16,783 nt of DNA from Pedosphaera sp. (GTDB lineage Bacteria; Verrucomicrobiota; Verrucomicrobiia; Limisphaerales; SIBH01), in NCBI GenBank assembly GCA_031414955.1, contig JANOQV010000135.1, forward strand, positions 1 through 16,783. The letters are read 5' to 3'. A program made the position numbers and the translations under genes. Shown here in pieces: positions 7,821 through 16,356 of the stretch. The notes beneath the pieces were generated by a model, which saw only the letters and a list, made by a program, of their open reading frames with translations, was not told the origin of the DNA and made no database searches. Position 1 is the stretch's first letter; every line of letters begins with the position of its first letter.

Positions 7821-8185
7821 CAGGATCCAATCCCGTGATGACGCGAGCTGCTCCCGAATCCGCCGCGTCGCACATCCGAGCGTTGCGCGGTGGCCTGCTG
7901 GACCGCCGCCGCCGTGGGTGTGGAGATGTTGATGACGCTCTCGTGCGGCGCAGCAGCCCATTGCCCGCCATGAAAATAGCGTGCGCTCTTGGAGTCATAC
8001 TGATTGTAAGGCAGCGCGTACCACGCCCGGTACGGGGCGTGATAATAACCCACGCCCGGCACGTAATGATTGTTGGTGAACACGCCGGTGGTGTTCACGG
8101 GCGGCGAGGATGGTCCGCAACTGGTGAGCGCGCTGACCGACAGGCCGCCCACCAACACGAGACGAATGCTTCGGCTGCGTTTCAC
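7820..8185 (-). CDS. YgiB/YjfM-like lipoprotein, 121 aa
   Basis: Signal peptide with lipobox ALTSC; C-terminal VRRGGFGSS tail typical of lipoproteins encoded upstream of YgiC-like ligases. Confidence 0.8.
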   Translation of the reverse strand: MKRSRSIRLVLVGGLSVSALTSCGPSSPPVNTTGVFTNNHYVPGVGYYHAPYRAWYALPYNQYDSKSARYFHGGQWAAAPHESVINISTPTAAAVQQATAQRSDVRRGGFGSSSRHHGIGS

Positions 8186-8200
8186 TGCATCAACGGGCGT

Positions 8201-8506
8201 TCAGCCAATCATGGACGCCGCGATGATGATGCAGATGCCCAGCACCACGGCGGCGGCGATGACCGCCGCGGCCACGTTCTGCTTTTCCACGATTTCCTTG
8301 TGCAGATCGCCGGGGGTGAACTTGTCGAAAAGTTTGTAGCCGAGGATGGCCATGACAATTCCCGCCACCGCGAACACCAGCATATAGAGCAGCGCCTCCC
8401 CAACCGTGCGCGCGTGGACTGCGACCGGCGCGACGGCGTCTGCGGCGAACACAGGAGTGGCTGCGGCAAAGAGCAGCGCGGATGACCAGCGAAAAAGTAT
8501 TTTCAT
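8201..8506 (-). CDS. DUF350 (YjfL-like) small membrane protein, 101 aa
   Basis: Signal-like N-terminus, TM helix, YKLFDKFTPGDLHKEIVEKQNVAAAV motif, second TM ending IIIAASMIG. Likely start MKILFR at 8506. Confidence 0.92.
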   Translation of the reverse strand: MKILFRWSSALLFAAATPVFAADAVAPVAVHARTVGEALLYMLVFAVAGIVMAILGYKLFDKFTPGDLHKEIVEKQNVAAAVIAAAVVLGICIIIAASMIG

Positions 8507-8613
8507 GCGTGGCCGGAAAACTAGCGAGGCGGGCCGGAAGCCCACAACTGGAATTCCAGTCTCCATTCCCAGCCGCAACGAGCCAGGTCAGGTCTCAGAA
8601 AGTCATAGGGGTA

Positions 8614-8718
8614 ATGCGGCTCGCGGCGGAGCGAATCGCCGACCGCATTGGGTGCTTGCGCCGTGAGATGGTATTGCTGGACGCAAATCTGGCGCGCATT
8701 TACGGCTTCACCACCTGA
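8614..8718 (+). pseudogene. Remnant of an ORF6N-domain gene
   Basis: MRLAAERIADRIGCLRREMVLLDANLARIYGFTT* matches the ORF6N N-terminal pattern (I..RI..lRG..V.LD.DLA.iYGV.T) and stops prematurely. Confidence 0.55.
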
Positions 8719-8854
8719 AGGACTCCACCAGTTGGACCGATCCGGAATGGCGGCTGCTGATTAACTTCCGACCAGGAAGCGAGAACCATCAAAGTGAACT
8801 TCAAAGCGGTAACGGCTCGCTTCGCACACGCTCCGGCCTAACTTCACCGCCGTC

Positions 8855-9687
8855 ATGATTCCAGACGAAGAAGCATTAAAACGGGCCTGAGTGGCGCGGG
8901 TGCAAGAGCACCTGCACGCGTTGCAGCGGATGAACTGGAACGCGACGGACGGGCCGATGCGCCTGAGCGGCCGGGTGCCACTCGCGGATCTGGAAGGCGC
9001 GGTGTTTTTCGTGAATCTGCGGCGATTGCTGCAAACGCTGGCCGAGGAGGTCGGCGCGGACGCCACGGCGACCGGCAATCTCACGCGCGCCTTCGTCGGG
9101 CGGATGTTCGAACGGATGGAATTGCCCAAGACTTTTCGCGAATCCACGCGTCGGATCTGCAAGGTGATCAACGAGCAGGATGTGTGGTCGTTGCACCTGG
9201 CGCGCATCGTGGCGGAGTGCGCCGGTTTGGTGCGGCGGCGGGGCAAGCGGTTCGCGCTCACCGCCCAGGGCTGGGAGTTGCTGCCGGACGATCAGGCTGG
9301 GGCTTTGTTTCGCGCGGTGTTCATTGCGTATTTCCGCCTCTTCGATCTGCCTATGATTTTCATCTGCGGCCGGTGCCGGCGATTCAACAGACAATCGCGG
9401 CGGTGTTGTGGCGGCTGGACAGCGCGGCGCGGGACTGGGTGCCGGTGCGCGGGCTGGCGCAGGAAATCCTGCTGCCCAAGGTCCACGATCTCTTGCGCGC
9501 GGCCATGACGCATCCGGCGCATGACACGGAGGAATGGATTCTGGGCGGTCACGTTTTGGAGCCGCTGGTGGATCTGGGCTTGATCGAACGGGAGAAGCCC
9601 GGCGAGTGGCGGTTGTCCGAGGGCGAGGAAAAAATCCGCGTCACCCGACTGTGGCAACAGTTCATTTGGTTTGAATGGCAGTTTTGA
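8855..9687 (+). pseudogene. Interrupted hypothetical gene (~277 codons): in-frame TGA at 8888-8890 and a 1-nt deletion near 9350
   Basis: ATG 8855 is in frame with ORF 8891 (MIPDEEALKRA*VARVQEHL). YFRLFDL continues in the -1 frame as xYDFHLRPVPAIQQTIAAVLWRL...WQF. Motifs TATGNL, NEQD...LH..R....AGLVRRRGKRFALT resemble domains I associate with pRiA4b ORF-3/SEC-C loci. Confidence 0.6.
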
Positions 9688-9712
9688 AACGGGCAGAAGT
9701 GCGGGCGGCACC

Positions 9713-11524
9713 ATGAGCAAAAAATCTCCAATCAAACCGGGCGCTGTCCAGCCTCGCGAAAAACCGCGCTGCGGCCTGTGCGGCAAGACGGGCAAACTCA
9801 CGCGCACGTCCTGCTGCGGGAACTGGATTTGCAACGACTCGGACCAATACGTGGTCTTCTCCTACGCGCGGAACAGTTGTTTCACCAATCACACCAAGTA
9901 CACGATCTGCGCCTTTCACTACAACGAAGCCCACGGAGGCCGCTGGCAGGATTGCGCGCAGTGCCGGGAGTCCCAGCCGCTGGAGATGTACATCCACAGC
10001 GCGACCAACGAATACAATTTCGAGAAGCTGGCAAATCCGCCGAAGTTCGAGCTGACGCATTGCGCCGGATGCGGCGTGGTCATCCGCCTCGCCCAGGACG
10101 GCTACACGCTCAAGGGGGGCGGTCACTTTTGCGAGGCGTGCGGCATGAGGGAATCGGGCGCGTCCACGCAGCAGTTTCTGGAGCAGTTTTCCGCGCCCGC
10201 TTCCAAGCCGAGCGGTATCGAGAAGTTGCCCGTGCGCATCACCGGCCAGCGCGGGCGCTATCCGCTGGCCTCGCTCGCTTACTACGGGCCGGACAACACG
10301 CGCGCGACGAAACTCGTGGTGTCGGTGCTGCGCGATGAGAGCGAGCGGGACGGCCCGCTGCACCGGTGGATCACGCAGGCCGGGGACATCCGGGAGGACG
10401 AGGCCATCACAGCCGAGGTGGAGGCGTTCCTGAAACAACACGGTGTGAAGCAGCGCATCATCACCGAGCGCATCATCGGCTGTCCGCACGAGGAGGGAAA
10501 AGATTACCCGCAGGGCGGCGTGTGTCCGCATTGTCCGTTCTGGCACAACCGCGACCGATTCACCCACGAACTGCTGCCGCCCTCGCCCGAGTTCACGCCG
10601 GCGCAAATCCTCACGGAGCTCACCAGCGTGCGGAACCGTCAGCCGCGCGAGGCCATTCTCGCGGCTGACACGCATCGCGCGGAGTTGGTTGAGCCGTTGA
10701 TTCATGCGGTCGAGCGTGGCGTGGCTGACCCAAAGAACGCGCCGGAAGGCAAAGGGTTGTTGTTCAGCTTCGCCACCTATCTGCTGGCCCGTTGGCGCGA
10801 GCCGCGCGCGTATCCGGCGTTCATCCGGTGGCTGTCGCTGCCGGATCAGGGCGCGTTTGACCTCGGTAGCGACACGGTGACGGAGGAGGGAGGACGGTTT
10901 CTCGCGCTGGTGTGCGGTGGCAATTTACAGCCCGTCAAGACGCTCATCCTGAACCGCGAGGCCAATGAATACTGCCGCGGTCAGGCGGTGATCGCGCTGG
11001 GCCTGCTGGCGGCGTGGCGGGAAGTGCCGCATCAAGAGGTGACGGATTACTTCGTGTGGCTGGCGCGGGAGGGACTGGAGCGCGAGCACTGCCATGTGTG
11101 GGACAATCTCGCGGCGACGAGCGCCGACATCGAGGCGCTGGGCGTCTTTTCAGAACTGCGCCGCGCTTATGAGGAGGGGTTGATTAATCCTGGTTTCATG
11201 TCGGAGGAGGAACTGGACGATGTTGAAAACCGTCCGCGCGGAACCGGGCTGGCGACATTCCGCGAGCGCCACCCCGCCGCCATCGATGTGCTCCGCGATA
11301 CCGCCTGGTGGTCATGCTTCCGTGAAGATCCAGTTCTGGAGAAAGACCGGAAACGCTCCCGGAAGTTCATCGAGAATCTGCTGCCAGGGCCAGAGGCGGA
11401 TTTGTCGCCAACGCCGTCATCCTGGCCGGTGGCCCAGCCTTTCCGTGCCCCGCCCAAGGTCGGACGCAACGATCCCTGCCCTTGCGGCAGCGGGAAAAAA
11501 TACAAGAAGTGCTGCGGGCAGTAG
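9713..11524 (+). CDS. Multidomain protein: Cys-rich N-terminal domain + YGPD/GCPHEEG domain + DUF1186 + SEC-C, 603 aa
   Basis: Start MSKKSP at 9713. C-terminal [21 protein letters not shown] is SEC-C. The helical region [38 protein letters not shown] is DUF1186-like. Confidence 0.88.
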   Translation: MSKKSPIKPGAVQPREKPRCGLCGKTGKLTRTSCCGNWICNDSDQYVVFSYARNSCFTNHTKYTICAFHYNEAHGGRWQDCAQCRESQPLEMYIHSATNEYNFEKLANPPKFELTHCAGCGVVIRLAQDGYTLKGGGHFCEACGMRESGASTQQFLEQFSAPASKPSGIEKLPVRITGQRGRYPLASLAYYGPDNTRATKLVVSVLRDESERDGPLHRWITQAGDIREDEAITAEVEAFLKQHGVKQRIITERIIGCPHEEGKDYPQGGVCPHCPFWHNRDRFTHELLPPSPEFTPAQILTELTSVRNRQPREAILAADTHRAELVEPLIHAVERGVADPKNAPEGKGLLFSFATYLLARWREPRAYPAFIRWLSLPDQGAFDLGSDTVTEEGGRFLALVCGGNLQPVKTLILNREANEYCRGQAVIALGLLAAWREVPHQEVTDYFVWLAREGLEREHCHVWDNLAATSADIEALGVFSELRRAYEEGLINPGFMSEEELDDVENRPRGTGLATFRERHPAAIDVLRDTAWWSCFREDPVLEKDRKRSRKFIENLLPGPEADLSPTPSSWPVAQPFRAPPKVGRNDPCPCGSGKKYKKCCGQ

Positions 11525-11580
11525 GCCGCGCCACTGATTGTGAAGAGGCGGTTGCCCGCCTCAGTCCAACTCGCCAACTT

Positions 11581-12900
11581 ATGATGAAACGTCGCCAGTT
11601 CCTCAAGGTGGCCGCCACGTCGGCCTTCGCCTTTCAATTCGTCCCGCGCCACGTTCTCGGCCAGGGACAGACGCCGCCGAGCGGGAAGCTCAACATCGCC
11701 GGCATCGGTGTGGGCGGTCAGGGCGGCGGCGTGCTGAATGATCTCAAGAGCGAGAACATCGTCGCGATGTGCGACGTGGACTGGGGCAAGGCCGCGCACA
11801 CGGCCAAGGCGTTTCCGAACGCCGAACGGTTTGCGGACTATCGCGTGCTGCTGGAGAAGCGGAAGGACATCGACGCGGTGATGATTGCCACGCCCGACCA
11901 CATGCACGCGCCCATCACGCTGGCGGCGCTGCGCGCGGGCAAGCATGTGTATGTCGAGAAGCCGATGGCCCACTCGATCGAGGAGGCGCGAATCATGACG
12001 CGGGTGGCGAAGGAGACGGGGTTGGTCACGCAAATGGGCAACAACGGCCACGCCGGCGAGGGTCTGCGCGTGACACGCGAGTGGATACAGGCCGGGGCCA
12101 TCGGCACGGTGCGCGAAGTGCATTGTTGGAGCGATCGTCCCGGCAAGTTTTGGAAGCAGGCGATCGCCCGCCCCACTGACACGCCGCCTGCGCCCAACAC
12201 ACTCGACTGGAATCTGTGGCTCGGGGCCGCGCCGCAACGTCCCTATCATCCCACTTATCATCCAAGCGCGTGGCGGGGCTGGTTCGATTTCGGCACCGGC
12301 GCGCTCGGCGACATGGCGGTTCACAACATCGATCCCGCGTTCTACGCGCTCGACCTCGACGCGCCCGTCGCCACGGAATGCCGGAGCAGCGCGCCGCAGG
12401 CAGAGACCTATCCCGAGTGGCAGATCATCACGTTCGAGTTCGCGGCCAAGGGCACACGGCCGGCGTTGAAGGCGTTTTGGTACGACGGCGGCAAAATGCC
12501 CGCCAAGCCGGCGGACCTCGGTGACGAGTTGGACTTGCCCGACAACGGAATCTATTTCGTCGGGGACAAAGGCACGATGGTGTGTGGTGGCTGGTCGGGC
12601 GCGCCGAAGTTATTCCCGGAGAAGCGGCGCATGGAATTCAAACTTCCGCCCAAGACCCTCGCGCGCTCACCGGGTCATCGCGTGGAATGGGTGCAGGCGT
12701 GCAAGGCGCGCAAGCCCGAGGACGCCAAGGCGGGCTTCGCCTACTCCGGCCCGTTCACCGAGGCGCTGCTGGTGGGCAACCTGGCCACGCGCCTGCAAAA
12801 GCGCATCGAGTGGGATTCCATCGCCATGCGCGCGACGAACGCCCCGGAAGCCGAGGCGCTCATCCGCAAACAGTATCGGAAAGGTTTCGGACTGGTCTGA
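11581..12900 (+). CDS. Gfo/Idh/MocA family oxidoreductase with twin-arginine-type N-terminus, ~439 aa
   Basis: KRRQFLK Tat-like motif, Rossmann GIGVGGQG, ATPDHMH, KHVYVEKP, QMGN, WRGWFDFGTGALGDM. Confidence 0.95.
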   Translation: MMKRRQFLKVAATSAFAFQFVPRHVLGQGQTPPSGKLNIAGIGVGGQGGGVLNDLKSENIVAMCDVDWGKAAHTAKAFPNAERFADYRVLLEKRKDIDAVMIATPDHMHAPITLAALRAGKHVYVEKPMAHSIEEARIMTRVAKETGLVTQMGNNGHAGEGLRVTREWIQAGAIGTVREVHCWSDRPGKFWKQAIARPTDTPPAPNTLDWNLWLGAAPQRPYHPTYHPSAWRGWFDFGTGALGDMAVHNIDPAFYALDLDAPVATECRSSAPQAETYPEWQIITFEFAAKGTRPALKAFWYDGGKMPAKPADLGDELDLPDNGIYFVGDKGTMVCGGWSGAPKLFPEKRRMEFKLPPKTLARSPGHRVEWVQACKARKPEDAKAGFAYSGPFTEALLVGNLATRLQKRIEWDSIAMRATNAPEAEALIRKQYRKGFGLV

Positions 12901-12925
12901 TGCTGAAGGCGCTTCATCCTCGACT

Positions 12926-13864
12926 TCACCCTGACCTGGGCCCTTTGGCCCGCGGATGAAACTGGCGGTGCACTTCCCGCAGCCGGCTGCCACTGACGTG
13001 GGTGTAAACCTCCGTGGTGTTGATCTGCGCGTGGCCGAGCAGTTCCTGGATCACGCGCAGGTCCGCGCCGTGTTCCAGCAGGTGGGTGGCGAAGCTGTGC
13101 CGCAGCATGTGCGGCGTGACGTTTCGTTCCACTCCCGAGAGCCGGACGAGTTTCTTGATGTGCGCCCACATCGTCTCGCGCGCGAAGGGCGTGCCACGCC
13201 GGGTCAGGAAAACTGTGCCGGGCGAGCGCGGCGTGACCAATTTCGGCCGGCCCGTGGCGAGATAATCGTTCAGCGCCTCGACCGCCTGGCGTCCGACCGG
13301 CACCACGCGCTCCTTGTTGCCCTTGCCGATGACGGTGACGAATCCGGCCTCAAGATGCAGTTGCTCCAGCCTCAGGTGGCACAACTCGGAAAGCCGCAGG
13401 CCGGACGCGTAGGCCAGTTCCAGCACCGCCTGATCGCACTGCGCCGAGGGTGTCTGAATGGGCAATGGCTGGAGAAGTTGGTCGATTTCGCCGTTGGTCA
13501 ACGCCTTGGGCAGCCGTTTCCAACGGCCGGGCAGGGACAGGTTTTCCGCGAGGTTGGCCGGCAGCAGTTTTTCGTTTTCGGCGAAGCGATAGAAGGCACG
13601 CAGCGCGGCGATTTGCAAATAGACACTCTCCGAGCTGAGGCGGCGGGTGGATTCCTTGGGCTGGTTCTCAAGCTGTCGTGCTCGCTCGTGTTCGAGGAAG
13701 AGCATCAGATGCTTAAACTCGACTTGCTTCCAATCCCCGAGCGACTGAGTGCCGGCCCACAAGGTGAACCGCCGCAACAGGCCGTGATAGGTCTCGGCGG
13801 TGTTCTCCGACTGTCCGCGTTCGTGGCGCAGGTAAACGAGAAAATCTTCGACGAGTTGTTCCAT
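12926..13864 (-). CDS. xerD: Site-specific tyrosine recombinase XerD, 312 aa
   Basis: N-terminal SAM-like domain, LPKAL, YASGLRLSEL, GKGNKERVVP, TPHMLRHSFATHLL, GADLRVIQELLGH, catalytic Y in TTEVYTHV, C-terminal HPRA. Confidence 0.88.
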   Translation of the reverse strand: MEQLVEDFLVYLRHERGQSENTAETYHGLLRRFTLWAGTQSLGDWKQVEFKHLMLFLEHERARQLENQPKESTRRLSSESVYLQIAALRAFYRFAENEKLLPANLAENLSLPGRWKRLPKALTNGEIDQLLQPLPIQTPSAQCDQAVLELAYASGLRLSELCHLRLEQLHLEAGFVTVIGKGNKERVVPVGRQAVEALNDYLATGRPKLVTPRSPGTVFLTRRGTPFARETMWAHIKKLVRLSGVERNVTPHMLRHSFATHLLEHGADLRVIQELLGHAQINTTEVYTHVSGSRLREVHRQFHPRAKGPRSG

Positions 13865-13898
13865 GTCCGTGTCTTCGGAGCGCGGCCTTGGTGCCTAC

Positions 13899-13923
13899 TT
13901 ATCGGCCGCATTGTTTATCGGCC
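13899..13923 (-). promoter_or_regulatory. Tandem GCCGATAA motifs upstream of xerD (sigma28-type -10-like or regulator site)
   Basis: ttatcggcc occurs at 13899-13907 and 13915-13923; the minus strand reads GGCCGATAA twice. No TAAA -35 at canonical spacing. Confidence 0.3.
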
Positions 13924-13929
13924 AGCCTG

Positions 13930-14171
13930 AATCCTGAAGGGATTCCATCATCCAGCCCAGGGTTGCGAGTCCGCGAGCTACCCTGGGTTCGCTTGAATTG
14001 AATTCCCTCCAACCCCGAAAGGGTTGCATCACGCTCCGAATGTTCTCATCGCATCGCACCACGCAACCGTTGCTTCAACCCCTTCGGGGCTGGCCAATCT
14101 TGCGGCGGGCTTACCCAGGGTAGCTCGCGGACTCGCAACCCTGGGCTAGGCGATGCAATCCTTTCAGGATT
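13930..14171. repeat. REPIN/MITE-like nested palindromic element
   Basis: Perfect 35-bp inverted repeat (13954-13988 / 14113-14147), outer 15-bp pair (13930-13944 / 14157-14171, 1 mismatch) and inner 17-bp pair (14010-14026 / 14076-14092, 2 mismatches). Each unit is itself a small hairpin. Confidence 0.9.
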
Positions 14172-14233
14172 GAGGAACGATCCATCGAGATGTGGGTGAT
14201 GCCCCGGCACAAACCTCACCCTCCACGATCCGA

Positions 14234-15229
14234 CTAAAACAAACTCTGCACCGCGATGCCCAGGATGCTGAGCGGACCCTGGTCCTCCAGCCCTTCCGTC
14301 GCCTTGTCCAGTTTCTGCAAGCTCACCTTGGCGTTCTTGTAAAAGGAATCGTCGTTGATCAGTTTGCCAATGGTGCCCTGGCCCTTGTTCATCTTTTCCA
14401 GAATCTCACGCATGTTGGTCATGGCCAGGGTGGACTCCTTGTAGAGGGTGTCGTCCTTGGCCAGCTTGCCCAGCGTGCCTTCGCCGCTGCTGATCTGCAT
14501 GATGATGGAATTGGCGTTGGTCATCATGGCCTTCGCTTCCAGCACGGTGGATTTCAGTTCGACCGTGCCCGCCTGCAACCCGACCACCGCGCTCAAGGCC
14601 GTGTTGTAGAGCGTGTCGTCGTACAACAGTTTGCCCACGCTGCCGCGACCGTTGGAGATTTGTTCCGTCACCTCCCGGGTGTTGGCCAGGATGGCGCTCA
14701 GGTTGGTGGTGTTGTTCTTCATGAAGTCGGTGATGGGACCGAAGAGCGGCGCGAGATTGTCCGGCGAAAAACTTTTGGTCAGTCCCTGGATGTCGCCCGC
14801 CACATTGTCCAGCTTGGCCATGATCGAGCTGAGGTCCGGTTGCTCCACGGCGGTGAGCGTGGTGTTGGCCGTGGCCACCGGCGCCGTGGGCGAGCCGAAA
14901 TCCACGGCCACGAAGTTCTGCCCGAGCAGGCCGGTGAACCGGATGGTCGCCTTGCTGTCGGTGCGCAGCCCCGCGTCGGCTTTCTTGATCTTCATCGTCA
15001 CCCGCACTCGCTCGTTGGTCAGGCTGATGGAATCCACGCGCCCAATCTCGACCCCGGCCATCTTGACCAGGTCGCCCTTCTTCAATTCCTGCACGGTCTT
15101 GAAGTCGGCGTGGACCTTGAAGCCGGGTTTGAAAAAGTCGGCCACGCCGACCATTTCGAGGATGATGACCGCCACGACGAGCGTGACCGCGAAGAAAATG
15201 CCGAGCCGTGTCTCCAGTGTGTTTCTCAT
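14234..15229 (-). CDS. mlaD: MlaD/MCE family protein, 331 aa
   Basis: ETRLGIFF + TM anchor; MCE motifs LKKGDLVKMAGVEIGRVDSI and DSKATIRFTGLLGQNFV; helical repeats G.GT/SxGKL..DD.LY. Confidence 0.92.
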   Translation of the reverse strand: MRNTLETRLGIFFAVTLVVAVIILEMVGVADFFKPGFKVHADFKTVQELKKGDLVKMAGVEIGRVDSISLTNERVRVTMKIKKADAGLRTDSKATIRFTGLLGQNFVAVDFGSPTAPVATANTTLTAVEQPDLSSIMAKLDNVAGDIQGLTKSFSPDNLAPLFGPITDFMKNNTTNLSAILANTREVTEQISNGRGSVGKLLYDDTLYNTALSAVVGLQAGTVELKSTVLEAKAMMTNANSIIMQISSGEGTLGKLAKDDTLYKESTLAMTNMREILEKMNKGQGTIGKLINDDSFYKNAKVSLQKLDKATEGLEDQGPLSILGIAVQSLF

Positions 15230-15232
15230 AAC

Positions 15233-16000
15233 TCAATTCTCCCGGGGTTGGGGTTTGAAATCGACCGTCAAAAATTTCTGCACCAGCGGGTCCGGGTTGC
15301 GCCGCACTTCCTCGGGCTTGCCCAGGGCGACAATGTTGCCCTCGCTCATCAGCGCGATCCGGTCCGCCACGCCGAAGGCCAGATCCCGATCGTGCGTGAC
15401 CACGATGGAGGTCACATCAATGCGGTCCTTCAAATCCAGAATCTCCTGCCCGATGGTCACGGCCATGAGCGGATCCAACTCGCTCGTTGGCTCATCGTAA
15501 AGAATCAACTGCGGGTCGATGACCAGGGCGCGGGCGATGGCCACGCGCTTTTTCATGCCGCCGGAAAGCTCGCCCGGCATCTTCTTTTCCACGCCCTTCA
15601 GCCCGAGCAGTTCGAGCTTCTCCAGCACAATGCGGTCGATCTCCGCCGGCGGCTTCAGCCGATGCTCGCGCAGGTAAAGGCCCACGTTGTCGCCCACGTT
15701 GAGCGAGTTGAGCAGCGCGCCCGACTGGAAGACCATGGCCATCCGGTACTTGTCGAGCACGCCCTCCAGATCGATGCGTTCGTTCTCGATCAAAATTTCA
15801 CCGGCTTCCGCCGGTTCCAGACCAATGAGGTGTTTGAGCAGCACGCTCTTGCCGCTGCCGCTTGGTCCCATGATGACAAACACCTCGCCGCGCTCCACGG
15901 CGAAGGACACGCCATGCAGCACCTCCACGCCGCTATAGCTCTTGCGCAATCCGCGCACCTGCACGGACACGCTGTGTTGTTGGTTGGGCGTCTCGCTCAT
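15233..16000 (-). CDS. mlaF: MlaF/Ttg2A-like ABC transporter ATP-binding protein, 255 aa
   Basis: GPSGSGKS, MVFQSGALLNSL, ELSGGMKKRVAIARAL, ILYDEPTSELDP, VVTHD; adjacent to mlaD. Likely start MSETPN at 16000. Confidence 0.9.
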   Translation of the reverse strand: MSETPNQQHSVSVQVRGLRKSYSGVEVLHGVSFAVERGEVFVIMGPSGSGKSVLLKHLIGLEPAEAGEILIENERIDLEGVLDKYRMAMVFQSGALLNSLNVGDNVGLYLREHRLKPPAEIDRIVLEKLELLGLKGVEKKMPGELSGGMKKRVAIARALVIDPQLILYDEPTSELDPLMAVTIGQEILDLKDRIDVTSIVVTHDRDLAFGVADRIALMSEGNIVALGKPEEVRRNPDPLVQKFLTVDFKPQPREN

Positions 16001-16356
16001 CTTCGCGCGCAGTAAATCAAGCGGCCTGAAGGAACACAACTGCGCCCTTCAACTGCACGCTCATCTTCACGCCCCGCGGCACGAAGATCGCCAGCGGAGG
16101 AGTGCGGGGATCGATCACCTTGAAGTAACGAGCCGACGCCGGGCAACGCGGCGCAGGACTTTCGCGCGGAGAAACAAACGAGGCCAGTCCAACTGGCCGG
16201 GGCAGGCGTCAGAGCGCAGCCGTTCAGACCGATCCGGCTTGGCATACGGACGAAGAGGATCATGGAGTCTCACGGCGTCCAGCCGGTCCTTGACAGCGCG
16301 GAGGTTTAGGAGCCAAATCGCTTCATGGATCAAGCCGAATCCATTCAGAACCCTCC

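Noticed and set aside
8888..8890. In-frame TGA as selenocysteine or a recoded stop
   Set aside because: No redox-motif context or evident SECIS, and TGA is used as a normal stop throughout the window.
12926..13864. Tyrosine recombinase as the integrase of the accessory region
   Set aside because: It has housekeeping XerD features and host-like codon usage, is flanked by core-type genes, and no att or dif site was seen.
13930..14171. CRISPR array or tRNA
   Set aside because: The repeats are inverted rather than direct with spacers; there are no cas genes and no cloverleaf.
6648..16015. Long opposite-strand ORFs (6648-7838, 9662-10705, 11167-12324, 12956-13930, 14192-16015)
   Set aside because: Antisense shadows of well-supported genes, expected in high-GC DNA.
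16017..16333. Possible small frameshifted minus-strand gene upstream of mlaF (...LRAKVLRRVAR / RYFKVIDPRTPPLAIFVPRG...)
   Set aside because: Requires an assumed indel, has no clear start and no recognisable motif; it cannot be supported without a homology search.
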